From Malacoraja senta (Eukaryota), in assembly GCA_038087875.1 (NCBI GenBank), contig CM075987.1, positions 25,422,001 through 25,486,000 on the forward strand: a stretch of DNA of 64,000 nt, in the 5' to 3' direction. Each line of letters opens with the position of its first letter. Positions within the stretch are counted from its first letter, which is position 1. Position numbers and translations under genes: made by a program. Positions 48,335-61,500 of this stretch are shown here, one piece after another. The notes under the pieces were generated by a model, which saw only the letters and a list, made by a program, of their open reading frames with translations, ran no database searches and was not told the DNA's origin.

Positions 48335-49215
48335 TCTCCTGACCTGGGCCTCCTCCACTGTCAGAGTGAGGCCCAGTGCGAATTGGAGGAACAGCACCTC
48401 CGATCAGCAGAGAAGGTTATTGGCTGCAACCTTCCCTCCATTGATGAACTGTACACTGCAAGGGCCAGGAAGCGAGCGGGCAAGATCGTCTCTGACCCCT
48501 CTCACCCTGGCCACAAACTCTTTGAATCACTTCCCTCTGGAAGGCGACTCCGGACTGTCAAAGCTGCCACAGCCAGACATAAAGACAGTTTTTATGCACG
48601 AGTAGTTGCTCTACTCAACAGCCAAAAATCCGTAGCCTCCCTTTGATCTGGTATTTTGTTGGTTCACCTGCTTGATCAATGGTGTTTTATCATTAATGTT
48701 TTATTATTATTAATGTTCAGTATTTTCTGAATCATTCGTAACTGTCACTGTATGTCATGTTGTTACTTATGGGCGGAGCACCAAGGCAAATTCCTTGTAT
48801 GTGAATACTTGGCCAATAAACTTAATTACTTACTCATATTACGCTTGGGCAGCTTACACCCCAGCGGTATGTACATTGACATCGCTAACTTCAAGTAACC
48901 CTTTCTTTCCCTCTCTCTCCATCCCTTCCCCTTCCCAGTTCTACCACCTGTCTTTACTGTCTCCGACTACATTTGTTGATACCTTCTCCCAGCTAACAAG
49001 TGATCCATTCTACATTTTCCTTGATTTACATTCCCTTTGTCCTGTTTTCACATCTTACACTTCCTTATCTATGTTTCTCCCTCTCCCCTGACATCAGTCT
49101 GAGGAAGGGTCTCGACCCAAAACGTCATCCATTCCTTCTTTCCAGATATGCTGCCTGTCCCGCTGAGTTACTCCAGCATTTTGTGTCTATCTTCGGTTTA
49201 AACCAGCATTTGTGG
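48335..49215 (+). mobile_element. Penelope 3' end interrupted by a Rex1-like fragment (48401-48830)
   Basis: LGLLHCQSE..EEQHL|RSAEKVIGCNLP..SGRRLR; Penelope resumes CTCATATTACGCTTGGGCAGC; hammerhead core at 49099. Confidence 0.8.
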
Positions 49216-49654
49216 TCTCATTCTTTTGAACCGGATTGAAACTGGCAAATATCCGTGGACCCCGGTGAAAAGCTCACCGATTCTCGGCTTCAAAGATCAA
49301 TCACCTTACCATGAAATATAATTGAATAAAAATGCTGTATAATCTTAAGTACAAAAATGAGGGCTGACTAAAAATGAAAGTAGATGGCAATTGTATCGCA
49401 TTATTTTATTGTGCTGCCTCAGAGTAAAAAGTCCTCTAAATTTCAGTATATATCGCCACGTCAAGAAAATATATTATATTTGATAGATTATGCACTAAAA
49501 TCTGTTTGGTTGTATAATGCTGGGTGGGCAAGTCTCACATAGTGGTTAGGAATCATTACCTTAAAGCAACAACAACCAAGCAATCTTGCCTAGACACCAG
49601 GAATGTGATCATACAATTTGTTTGTGTGCTGTCCAGCCACATCATTCCATTAGG

Positions 49655-50210
49655 AGGTGGCACGTTGGCGCAGCGGTAGAGTTAGAAACATAGAAACATA
49701 GAAAATAGGTGCAGCAGTATGCCATTCGGCCCTTCGAGCCAGCACTGCCATTCAATGTGGTCATGGCTGATCGTCCACAATCAGTACCCCGTTCCTGCCT
49801 ACTCCCCTACTCCTTACTTCCGCTAGCCCTATGAGCTCTATCTACTGCAACTCTCTTTTGAATGCATCCAGTGAATCGGCCTCCACTGCCTTCTGAGGCA
49901 GCGAATTCCACAAATTCACAACTCTCTGGGTGGGTTGCTGCCTTACAGCGCCAGAGACCCGGGTTCGATCCTGACTACGGGTGCTGTCTCTACGGAGTTT
50001 GAACGTTCTCCCCAGTGACCTGCGTGGGTTTTCTCAGAGATCTTCGGTTTCCTCCCACACTCCAAAGACGTAAAGGCTTGTAGTCTAATTGGCTTGGTAC
50101 AAAATGTAAATTGTTCCCTAGTGCGGGACAGTGTTAATGTGCGAGGATCGCTTGTCGGCGTGGACTTGGTGGGCATGTTTCCGCGCTGTATCTCTAAACT
50201 AAACTGAACT
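49655..50210 (+). mobile_element. HE1-type V-SINE interrupted by a minus-strand CR1 tail (49684-49932)
   Basis: Head split after GGTAGAGTT. Confidence 0.85.
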
Positions 50211-51296
50211 AAGATGACACTACACATTCACCAGTAAAATTATTCCGCACCAACATATTTATGGGCAGTGATTATTTCAGTTCAGTGCTCTCGTTAGCTT
50301 TGAATATTGGCCATCCGTACAGAATCTATCTTTCAGTACATATTATCAACGGTATTTAAACTGATTAATTACCCAACTGATTTTTTATCCCACACCATTT
50401 CACTTTAACCTAATCTTATGGAACAGTCACTTTAATTTTACTGATTTATACGCGGTCAAACTGTATTTTTTTTCATCATTTTGGTTAAATTGTTTAGTTC
50501 CCAAGAAAACTTTAAATCGTATTTTCTAACGATGAACAGGTTATTTCCTTGATGAATAGTAGAAGTTTTGATTCAGAACAGGGCGGCACAGTGGCACAGA
50601 GGTAGAGCTACTGCCTTACAGCGCCAGGTTCGATCCTGACTACGGGTGCTGTCTGTACGGAGTTTGTACCTTCTCCCTGTGACCTGAGATCTTCAGTTTC
50701 CTCCCACACTCCAAAGACGTACAGGTTTGTAGGTTAATTGGCTTGGTATCCTGCGATCCCTTGCGTGGGATCGACGCACTAACTGTGGCCTGCGGATTTC
50801 AACATCACTGAGCTCGCAGTCTCAGGTAGAGACTGAGCCGGGAAGCTCCAAAGTCACAGGAGGTTCGACTAGCCCAGGTCTGGGGTCCGCTCGTCCAGCG
50901 CGGGGAGCTGACATCCCCCTGATGCAGGAGCTTGATCGCCCCGACGCGGAGGGCCTGACCGCCCCTTCAACAGAAGGCTCGAGGCCCCCAACCGCAAGAG
51001 AACAAAGAAGGGAACTTTTTTTTTCACCTTCCATCACAGTGAGGAATTTGGAGGAGTCACTGTGGTGGATGTTTATGTTAAAACGTGTTTTCTGTGTCTT
51101 GTTGCTTTTTATTGGTATGACTGTTTGGCAAATCAAATTCCTCGTATGTTGCAAAACGATACTTGGCTAATAAAGTATGATTATGATTATGATTAACTTC
51201 AAAACATTTGCTCTGAAGCTGTAGCTGAGTTGTTTTCAGGCAACTGAATCATCCTACCACAACCAGAGAGCAGTCCTGAACTACCATCTACCCCAT

Positions 51297-51425
51297 GGGG
51301 TGGGAGATTGCAACCTTCACGTGGTCCACCCTGTTTCAACTAATGCTATCAACCAGACATGCACAAACAAGATTAAATAGAACAAGTTGACCTAGGCTGT
51401 GCACAACATACGCAAGAAGAAGAAG
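51297..51425 (+). mobile_element. HDV-like-ribozyme-headed short retroelement, diverged copy
   Basis: GGGGTGG GA GATTGCA ACC TTCACGT GGT CCACCCT GT TTCAA CTAA TGCTATC; (GAA)n tail; imperfect TSD TCTACC(C/T)CA. Confidence 0.82.
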
Positions 51426-52164
51426 CTCTACCTCAATTGTGACCCTCGGACTATCCTTGATCGGACTTTGCTGGCCTCACCTTGCCCTAAGCATTATTCC
51501 CTTATCATGCATCTGTGCACTGTAAGTGGCTCGATTGTAATCACGTATCGTCTTTCTGCTGACTGGATCGCACGCAACAAAAGCGCACGTGGTACAATAG
51601 ACTAAACTGTAAACTGTAAAGAACAGGGGTTCAGACACGCGTTGCCATGGTATTTTATTTTGGAGATGCACCTTCGCTATGGGCTTTTGTTCCAATTTAT
51701 CACTAACATTTCAACTCCTTGCTTCGATGGCAGAAAGTCAGAAATGTTCAGAAATCAACTTATGGCTTTGAGCAACGAAACATTTCAATTGCTTATTGAT
51801 CGCCTCACAATAGTCTGTCTATGGAGTTGAACTACACTCTGATAAATGAAAAATGCATTGAAACTTCACGGATAGATGATATTATGTGGCCAGACTTCAT
51901 CTTTATACCCCTGTGACTTGATTGTGAAAATTGGACTGAAATCCAAATGCCGTTATAAAACCAGATGAATTGTGCAATGTTATTAACCCTTCAGTCTGCA
52001 TGATGAGGATATCAAGTCTCTATCTGCAAAAGTGATTTAAGAAATAGCCAGCCACTATGGAATAAACACTGCCTTTGATCATCATTTCTCATTAAATCAA
52101 ATTAGATCCCCCCCGATCCCATGCCGGGTCCCCCTTTGTTCTCGACGGCCCCCCAATGCTATAA

Positions 52165-52622
52165 GGTCATGTTCATAAGTAATAGTAAAAGAATTAGGCC
52201 ATTCGGCCCATCAAGTCTACTCCACCATTTAATCATGGTTGATCTATTTCTCCCTCCTAACCCCATTCTCCTGCCTTCTCCCCGTAACCTCTGACACCCG
52301 TACTCATCAAGAACCAATTAATCTCTGCCTTAAAAATATCCAATAACCTGGCCTCCACAATAAAATTCACAGATTCGCCACCCTGTGAAGAAGGTTCTCG
52401 ACCCGAAACATCACCCGTTCCTTCTCTCCAGAGATGCTGCCTGTCCCGCTGAGTTACTCCAGCATTTTGTGTCTATGTTTGGTTTAAACCAGCATCTGCA
52501 GTTCCTTCCTACACATAAAGAAATTCCTTCTCATCTCCTTCCTAAAAGAACATCCATTAATTCGGAGGCGATGACCTCTGGTCCTGGACTCTCCCACTAG
52601 GGGAAACATCCTCTCCACGTCC
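52165..52622 (-). mobile_element. CR1 3' fragment interrupted by a plus-strand hammerhead repeat (52384-52515)
   Basis: CR1 motifs on both sides of the insert. Confidence 0.8.
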
Positions 52623-53130
52623 GTCAGGTCCCTCTTTGTTCCCTCGGCCTCTTCCGACCTCTAGCTCCCACCGCGGGCACATCCGAATAATCGACTCACC
52701 GCTTACGTTGAAGAAGGCTGCAACAAACACAGCCTGTGAAGTTAGCAAGAGCTTGCTGTGAGCAACATCTGGATTTTCCCATTTAATTGTTTACGCGGAG
52801 TCTCCAGAAGGCGCTGTCATGTTCCCTCTGTCACTTCATTGTACAGTGAAACACTGCTAACATCGCAAATCTCAACCCATTGGTTTCTGTAAGGATTTGT
52901 GGGTCTCTTGCTGTGTTTCAAAGGTACCAATTGACATTTCGAATACAAATATTATACATATTATGCCACATGCATGCTGTCTGATTTATTTGGAGGAGGT
53001 TTGTACATTGTGTATACTATCGCAGGAGACCGATGTAGTTGGATTAAAATGCTTATTCACCAATGTGTACAAGCAGAGAAACACATTTCTTCAAATTATC
53101 ACAGCCCTTCCACAGAAGCAGAGAATCTAA

Positions 53131-53430
53131 CGGGGCTGTCCCACTTGGGCGACCTAATTGGCGAATTTAGGAGAGTTTGTAAAAATGTCATGTTGAAGAC
53201 CTCCTTTGACTATGTTGAAGACTAGTTTAGACTAGCTGCGGGAAAATTGAACACCGAATAGTGGAGAGTGAAGACGACCTCCTTCGACCTCCCTTCGACC
53301 TCCCTTCGACCATGTTGAAGACTATCTACAACAACCTTCGACTACCCTCGATTACCTACAACTAACATGCCGACCTGCTACGACCTACTACGACTAAACC
53401 TACGAGTAAAAAAAGTATCGTTTTTTTTTC
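53131..53430. mobile_element. Harbinger-type non-autonomous element, one end
   Basis: TAA followed by GGGGCTGTCCCACTTGGGCGA, similar to the TIR at 16877; internal CGAC(C/T) repeats. Confidence 0.65.
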
Positions 53431-53432
53431 CT

Positions 53433-53657
53433 GGTGAGATAAGAGTTTACAGGCCTAATGGCCTGTGGGAAGAAACTCCGTCTCATCCTCTCTGTTTTCA
53501 CAGCATGACAGCGGAGATGTTTGCCTGACCGTAGCAGCTGGAACAGTCCGTTGCTGGGGTGGTAGGGGTCCCTCATAATGTTGCTGGCTCTGGATCTGCA
53601 CCTTCTGATGTATAGGTCCTGCAGGGGGGCGAGTGTAGTTCCCATAGCGCGTTCGGC
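53433..53657 (-). mobile_element. Rex1/Babar fragment
   Basis: AERAMGTTLAPLQDLYIRRC..RSFFPQAIRPVN. Confidence 0.8.
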
Positions 53658-54609
53658 CAGCAACACCCATTGAAGCGCTCCAGAAAGCCCCCCCCCCACG
53701 CACCTCCATTGCACTTTCCCCCTCCCACCTTATAGCTATGCCCTCTGGTGGTGGTCATTTTCAACCATGCGTTTTTCTACATTTTGGAAGCAAGGATGAG
53801 AATGCACGAAAATAAATATTTTTGGCCACTCCAGATTAATCCAAATTAACCTGTGCTCTCTGCCTAGGCAGGAACAGCAGATGCTGGTTTAACCAAAAAT
53901 AGACACAACATGCTGGAGATAGACACAGAATGCTGGAGCAACTCAGCGGGTCAAGCAGCATCTCTGGAGAACTTGGAAAGGTGACATTTCAGTTTGAGAC
54001 TCTTCTTCAGACTCAACCTGAAATGTCACCTATCAATAATGTACTAAAAAGGAATTGCAGATGCTGGTTTATATCAAAGATAGACATGTCATTAAAAAAG
54101 ACCAAAAAAATGTATAAAAAATGTATTAAGATATAAGTGTTGTGTATTACTGTAATTTACCGTACTTCTAATAAAAATAATTTAAATTTAAAAAAATAAT
54201 AAAATAAATAAATAAAAAAGATTGAGTCTGAAGAAAGGTCCTGACTCATTCACAACCTATCCATTATCTCCAGAGATGCTGCCCGACCCACTAAGTTACT
54301 CCAGCAGTAACCACGAGCAGTAGCTCTACTCAACAGCCCAAAGTCCGTAGCCCCCTTTTGCTCTGGTATTTTATTTCATTCACATGTTTAAACTATAATG
54401 TTTTACTAGACTAAGTGGGACCCGTTGGGTCCCATGTTCACACGTGAGGACTGGTCCCCCAACGCAATATTCCACCTCTCCACCAATTCCAATATTGGTG
54501 GCCAGTGGGGGGGTGGGGTTGCTTTCTGGAGCGTTTCAATGGGTGTTGTGGGCCGAAGGGACTGGTTTCCAGAGGGCTAGTATGGACATTGTGGGCTGAA
54601 TGTATTATT

Positions 54610-54773
54610 GGGCTGGCAGCTCAGTCACTCAGGCCTGGTGGGCTGGCAGCTCAGTCACTCAGGCCTGGTGGGCTGGCAGCTCAGTCACTCAGGCCTGGTG
54701 GGCTGGCAGCTCAGTCACTCAGGCCTGGTGGTCTGGCAGCTCAGTCACTCAGGGCTGGTGGGCTGGCAGCTCA
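54610..54773. repeat. 30-bp minisatellite, ~5.5 copies
   Basis: Unit GGGCTGGCAGCTCAGTCACTCAGGCCTGGT. Confidence 0.95.
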
Positions 54774-55219
54774 GAAACTGCCAGAAATTCTGCCCAAAAC
54801 AAGTGAGAGACTCTGTGAGAGAGGAGGGGAAGAGGGTGGAGAATCAATTTTAGACATTTTTCATCTTTTTCTGCAGATCACAGCAATTAAGGTGGAAAGT
54901 CTATCCTGGCCTGGATCTCACAGGGAGCCAATGAAGGGAGGGAGAAAAGTACTGAGGTGAGGTTTAATACTTGCAATGGGAATACTTACTGACGGACCAA
55001 AGGGACTCCTCCTGTGCCAGTACAGGCCTGATGGGCTGAAGGGACTCTTTAAAAAAAATCAGATGAAATCTCAGTGAAAGGCACTTTATCTGGACATTTC
55101 CTGGCCTGGCACGGGCCTTTTGGGCCAGAATGCTCTTCCTGGGCTAATACGGGCATTTTGGGCAAAACGGACTGGTTTCTCGGCTAATAGGGGCCTTGTG
55201 GGCCGAAATGAGTGGTTTC

Positions 55220-55744
55220 AGGCAGGCCAAACAACTCATTTCATTTCATTTCCATTTACATTTCAAGCACAGGGCAGGCCAAACAACTCATCTCATTTTC
55301 ATTTCATTTCATTTCATTTCCATTGCTATTTCAGTTTCAAGCACAGGGCAGGCCAAACAACATCTCATTTTCATTTCATTTCATTTCCATTGCCATTTCC
55401 GTTTCAAGCACAGGGCAGGCCAAACAACTCATCTAATTTTCATTTCATTTCATTTCCATTGCCATTTCCGTTTCAAGCACAGGGCAGGCCAAACAACTCA
55501 TCTAATTTTCATTTCATTTCATTTCCATTGCCATTTCAGTTTCAAGCACAGTGCAGGCCAAACAACTCATCTCATTTTCATTTCATTTCATTTCCATTGC
55601 CATTTCCGTTTCAAGCACAGGGCAGGTCAAACAACATCTCATTTTCATTTCATTTCATTTCCATTGCCATTACAGTTTCAAGCACAGGGCAGGCCAAACA
55701 ACTCATCTCATTTTCATTTCATTTTCATTGCCATTTCAGTTTCA
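55220..55744. repeat. ~69-bp minisatellite with internal (CATTT)n, ~8 copies
   Basis: Unit CAAGCACAGGGCAGGCCAAACAACTCATCT-(CATTT)n-CCATTGCCATTTCCGTTT. Confidence 0.95.
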
Positions 55745-56784
55745 GCTGAGCACCAAGGCAAATTCCTTGTATGTGTACATACTTGGCCAATAAACATCGT
55801 CATTCATTAATTAATTCATTAATTCATTTTGTGTCTATCTTCAATCCAGTGCTCTAATTATTTTTGCAAAGTTATATCAACAACTCACAATATTGCATGA
55901 ATAAATGAGACACATTTCAAAACTAAATTAAGCATCTGAAATAAGAAAGTTTGACATTGTTTGACATGAAATGTGACTTTAAAAATGGTAATAAAAAAAA
56001 GAACAAAGACCTTTCTGTTAATTTGGAAATGAGCTCCCTCAGCACTAACATCAGATACAGGAAATAATTTGGAGAAGAAATAAAGATAGTCTAATTTGTA
56101 AAATGCCATCCTGTAGGAGATAACAACTGGATATCACAACAATGTCTCCTGATGCTGTTCACCAAATTGTCAATAACGGCTTCTGCAAATACCACTGAGA
56201 TAACAACTTTCAGGCAGCCCATTAGGAAAACTAAGCTTCTAATTAAATTGCTGCCATCTGGGTTATGTCACTGCCGTGGAATATTAATATTGATACGATC
56301 TATGAGAGAACGAGACGGCCTAAATTCAAAGCAGATCTTTCATCTGTCATTGTTGGAAAGTTCTTCAGTAACATTAATTCGGGATGTCAGCTATCAATTA
56401 CAAAGTGTACCGATCCTAGAATAGACTAGGAAACAAGCATATAAAGTCGTTGCAAGCAGCAACCCTCATCTGCTGCTCAACCAAAATGGAATGTTTGACA
56501 TATTCTTGATTGGTACGGGTGTCAGGGGTTACGGAGAGAAGGCAGGAGAGTGCAGTTGAGAGGGATCTGCCATGATTGAATGTAGACTTGATGGGCCGAA
56601 TGGCCTAATTCTGCTCCTATTGGGCTGATGGGCCCGTTTCTGTGTTGAAGAGCTCTATGAGTCTAGGTCCAACAAGTGGGTAAGAGCACGCGAGGAATAG
56701 AGACTCATAGAGTCTTACGGCGTGGAAACAGGTCCTTTGGCTTAACTTGCCCACACCGACCAACATGTCCCATCCACACTATTA

Positions 56785-57592
56785 CAAAACAGAAATGTAT
56801 TTATCCCAGGATGGAAAGTGATCTGCCAACAGTCATATAACATAAGATACATGAAACGTGAAATTAAAGTGACGAGCTGGAAGTCCAGGATTGGGGATGT
56901 GCAAAGATTGGAGGGGGGGGGGGGGGGGGGGGGGGAGCCAGTCTACCCCACGATAGAAGGTGGAAGAGTTATACAGTTTGATGGTCGCAGGGAAAAATTA
57001 TCTCCTGTGGTGTTCTGTGCTGCATCTTGGTGGGACCAGTCTGTTGCTGAAGGTGCTCCTCAGGTTGACCAGTGTGTCATGGAGGGGGTGAGCTGTATTG
57101 TCCAGGATGCTCTGCAGTTTGAGGAGCATCCTTCCCTCCAAGACCACCTCCCGTGGATCCAACTCTGCCCCCAGGACGGAGCCAGCCTTCCTGATGAGTT
57201 TGTTGATCCTGTTGGCGTCCGCGACCTTCGCCCAGCTGCCCCAGCACACGGCAGCGAAAAAGATGGCACTGGCCACCACCGACTGGTAGAACATCTGCAG
57301 CATCTTGCTGCAGACGTTGAAGGAGTCAAAGAGTACAGCCAGCTCTGTCCCTTCTTGTGCAGGGCCTCAGCGTTCCTGGACCAGTCCAGTTTACTGTCCG
57401 GGTACACTCCTAGGTATTTGTACTCCCTGGTAAACTGCACATCCACACCATTGATGGAGACAGGGGACAGGGGTGTTCCTCTCCTCCTAAAGTCCACCAT
57501 TAACTCCTTAGTCTTGTCAGTGTTGAGCTGCAGATAATTCAGCCCACACCACTCAACAAAGTCGTTGACTGCACCTCTGTATTTGGCTTCCC
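56785..57592 (-). mobile_element. Rex1/Babar LINE fragment (RT C-terminal half)
   Basis: LNTDKTKELMVDFRR..EYKYLGV..; LQMFYQSVVASAIFFAAVCWG. Confidence 0.85.
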
Positions 57593-58127
57593 ACCATCAG
57601 TTATCCTTCAGTTTCCTATTAAAATATTTTCCCTCTCACCTTAAACCCTTGTCCTCTGGTTCTTGATTCCAAGCTTGTTGGAGCAATTATATAACAGAAA
57701 TGTAATGGTCACTAGGGAAAGTAGGAAATTATAAAGAGGATTGATTCCAGACTGATAATAGACAATAGACAATAGACAATAGGTGCAGGAGTAGGCCATT
57801 CGGCCCTTTGAGCCAGCACCACCATTCAATGTGATCGTGGCTGATCATCTCCAATCAGTACCCCGTTCCTGCCTTCTCCCCATATCCCCTGGCTCCGCTA
57901 TTTTTAAGAGCCCTATCTAGCTCTCTCTTGAAAGCATCAATGGTGATCAATGGTGAAACATCATATTTGATTAACTAGACTGTACTGTTTGATGAAGCAA
58001 GAGTAGATGTGCTCAAGGCATTGAACATGGTGTGTTCAGGAACTACCAAAAGGCCTTTGAAGTGCCAATTATTAGGCTCATTAACAAAATTAAAGCTCAT
58101 TGCATGAAAGTGGCAGTATGAGTGGCG

Positions 58128-58275
58128 TCCCTTGTGGCTAAGGGGATCAGGGGGTATGGAGAGAAGGCAGGTATGGGATACTGAGTTGGATGATCAGCCA
58201 TGATCATATTGAATGGCGGTGCAGGCTCGAAGGGCCGAATGGCCTACTCCTGCACCTATTTTCTATGTATCTATG
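58128..58275 (+). mobile_element. CR1 3' tail
   Basis: Same tail as 10940-11092. Confidence 0.85.
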
Positions 58276-58585
58276 AGCATTGATCAAAAGATAGGATAAG
58301 AAAGTGTATAAGATCGAGTACATGGACATGGTCTCTTGCCCAGAGTAGGGGAGTCGAGGACCAAAGGTCCTGAACCTCCTCCATTGTCAGAGTGAGGCCC
58401 AGCGCAAATTGGAGGAACAGCATCTCATATTTCCCTTCGGCAGCTTGCACCTCAGCGGTATGAACACTGACTTCTCTAACTTCAAGTAACCCTTGCTTTC
58501 CCTCTCTCTCCATCCCCTCCCTCTTACCAGTTCTCCCACCAGTCTTACTGTCTCCGACTACATTCTATCTCTGTGCCGCCCACTC

Positions 58586-61500
58586 ATAGAAACATAGAAA
58601 CATAGAAAATAGGTGCAGGAGTAGGCCATTCGGCCCTTTGTGCCTGCACCGCCATTCAATATGATCATGGCTGATCATCCAACTCAGTATCCCGTACCTG
58701 CCTTCTCTCCATAACCCCTGATCCCTTTAGCCACAAGGGCCACATCTAACTCCCTATTAAATATAGCCAATGAACTGGCCTCAACTACCTTCTGTGGCAG
58801 AGAGTTCCAGAGATTCACCATTCTCTGTGTGAATTTTTTTTTTCTCATCTCGGTCCTAAAAGATTTCCCCTCTATCCTTAAGCTGTGACCCCTTGTCCTG
58901 GACTTCCCCAACATGTGGAACAATCTTCCTGCATCTAACCTGTCCAACCCCTTGAGAATTTTGTAAGTTTCTATAAGATCCCCCCTCAATCTCCTAAATT
59001 CTAGCGAGTACAAGCCGAGTCTATCCAGTCTTTCTTCATATGAAAGTCCTGACATCCCAGGAATCAGTCTGGTGAACCTTCTCTGAACTCCCTCTATGGC
59101 AATAATGTCTTTCCTCAGATTTGGAGACCAAAACTGTACGCAATACTCCAGGTGTGGTATCACCAAGACCCTGTACAACTGCAGTAGAACCTCCCTGCTC
59201 CTATACACAAATCCCTTTGCTATGAATGCTAACATACCATTCGCTTTCTTCACTGCCTGCTGCACCTGCATGCCTACTTTCAATGACTGGTGTACCATGA
59301 CACCCAGGTCTCGTTGCATCTCCCCTTTTCCTAATCGGCCACCATTTAGATAATAGTCTGCTTTCCTGTTTTTGCCACCAAAGTGGATAACCTCACATTT
59401 ATCCACATTATACTGCATCTGCCATGCATTTGCCCACTCACCAAGCCTATCCAAGTCACCTTGCAGCCTCCTAGCATCCTCCTCACAGCTAACACTGCCC
59501 CCCAGCATAGTGTCATCGGCAAACTTGGAGATGTTGCATTCAATTCCCTCGTTCAAATCATTAATATATATTGTAAATAGCTTGGGTCCCAGCACTGAGC
59601 CTTGCGGTACCCCACTCGTCACTGCCTGCCATTCTGAAAAGGACCCGTTTACTCCTACTCTTTGCTTCCTGTTTGCCAGCCAGTTCTCTATCCACATCAA
59701 TACTGAACCCCCAATACCGTGTGCTTTAAGTTTGTATACTAATCTCTTATGTGGGACCTTGTCGAAAGCCTTCTGAAAGTCCAGATATAACACATCCACT
59801 GGTTCTCCCCTATCCACTCTACTAGTTACATCCTCGAAAAATTCTATAAGATTCGTCAGACATGATTTACCTTTCGTAAATCCATGCTGACTTTGTCCAA
59901 TGATTTCACCACTTTCCAAATTTGCTGCTATCCCATCTTTAATAACTGACTAGCAGTTTACCCACTACCGATGTAAGACTAACTGGTCTGTAATTCCCCG
60001 TTTTCTCTCCCCCTCCCTTTTTAAAAAGTGGTGTTACATTAGCTACCCTCCAATCCTCAGGAACTACTCCAGAATCTAAAGAGTTTTGAAAAAATATCAC
60101 TAATGCATCCACTATTTCTGGAGCTACTTCCTTAATTACTCTGGGATGCAGCCTATCTGGCCCTGGGGATTTATCGGCCTTTAATCCATTCAATTTACCT
60201 AACACCACTTACCGGCTCACCTGGATTTCACTCAGTTCCTCCATCTCCTTTGACCTGCGGTCCCCTGCTATTTCCGGCAGATTATTTATGTCTTCCTTAT
60301 TGAAGACGGAACCAAAGTACTTATTCAATTGGTCCGCCATATCCTTGTTCCCCATGATCAATTCACCTGTTTCTGACTGCAAGGGACTTACATTTGTTTT
60401 AACTAAACTCTTTCTCTTCACATATCTATAAAAACTTTTGCAGTCAGTTTTTATGTTCCCTGCCAGTTTCCTTTCATAATCTATTTTCCCTTTCCTAATT
60501 AAGCCCTTTGTCCTCCTCTGCTGGTCTCTGAATTTCTCCCAGTCCTCTGGTATGCTGCTTTTTCTGGCTAATTTGTACGCTTCATCTTTTGCTTTGATGC
60601 TATCCCTGATTTCCCTTGTTATCCACGGATGCACTACCTTCCCTGATTTATTCTTTTACCAAACTGGGATGAACAATTTTTGTAGTTCATCCATGCAGTC
60701 TTTAAATGCCTTCCATTGCATATCCACCGTCAACCCTTTAAGAATTAATCGCCAGTCAATCTTGGCCAATTCACGTCTCATACCCTCAAAGTTACCTTTC
60801 TTTAAGTTCAGCACCATTGTTTCTGAATTACCCATGTCATTCTCCATCCTAATGGAGAGCTCAACCATATTATGGTCACTCTTGCCCAAGGAGCCACGTA
60901 CAACAAGACTGTTAACTAACCCTTCCTCATTACTCAATACCCAGTCTAGAATAGCCTGCTCTCTCGTTGGTTCCTCTACATGTTGGTTTAGAAAACTATC
61001 CCGCATACATTCCAAGAAATCCTCTTCCTCAGCACCCCTGCCAATTTGATTCACCCAATCTATATGTAGATTGAAGTCACCCATTATAACTGTTTTACCT
61101 TTGTTGCACGCATTTCTAATTTCCTGTTTGATGCCATCCCCAACTTCACTACTACTGTTAGGTGGCCTGTACACAACACCCACCAGCGTTTTCTCCCCCT
61201 TAGTGTTTCGCAGCTCTACCCATATCGATTCCACATCCTCCAAGCTAATGTCCTTCCTTTCCATTGCGTTAATCTCCTCTCTAACCAGCAACGCTACCCC
61301 ACCTCCTTTTCCTTTCTGTCTATCCCTCCTGAATATTGAATATCCCTGGATGTTCAGCTCCCAGCCTTGGTCTCCCTGGAGCCATGTCTCCGTGATCCCA
61401 ACTATATCATAATCATTAATAGCTATCTGCACATTCAACTCATCCACCTTATTACGAATGCTCCTTGCATTGAGACACAAAGCCTTCAGGCTTGTTTTTA

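Larger units (their letters stand above)
54406..55744 (-). mobile_element. Non-autonomous Helitron-like element carrying minisatellites
   Basis: Minus-strand 3' end: hairpin TGGGACCC-AAC-GGGTCCCA, then CTTAGT-CTAG|T; interrupts a Rex1-like tail; a related fragment lies inverted at ~53655-53700. Confidence 0.55.

Noticed and set aside
48218..48646. 142-aa chimeric Penelope-Rex1 ORF
   Set aside because: Chance in-frame join of two nested fragments with no ATG start and no complete domain
54505..55810. Long repetitive ORFs (151, 209 and 204 aa) or a CRISPR-like array
   Set aside because: These are translations of 30-bp and 69-bp tandem units; there are no unique spacers and no cas genes, and the context is eukaryotic
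56818..57537. 239-aa plus-strand ORF
   Set aside because: Antisense shadow of a minus-strand Rex1 fragment
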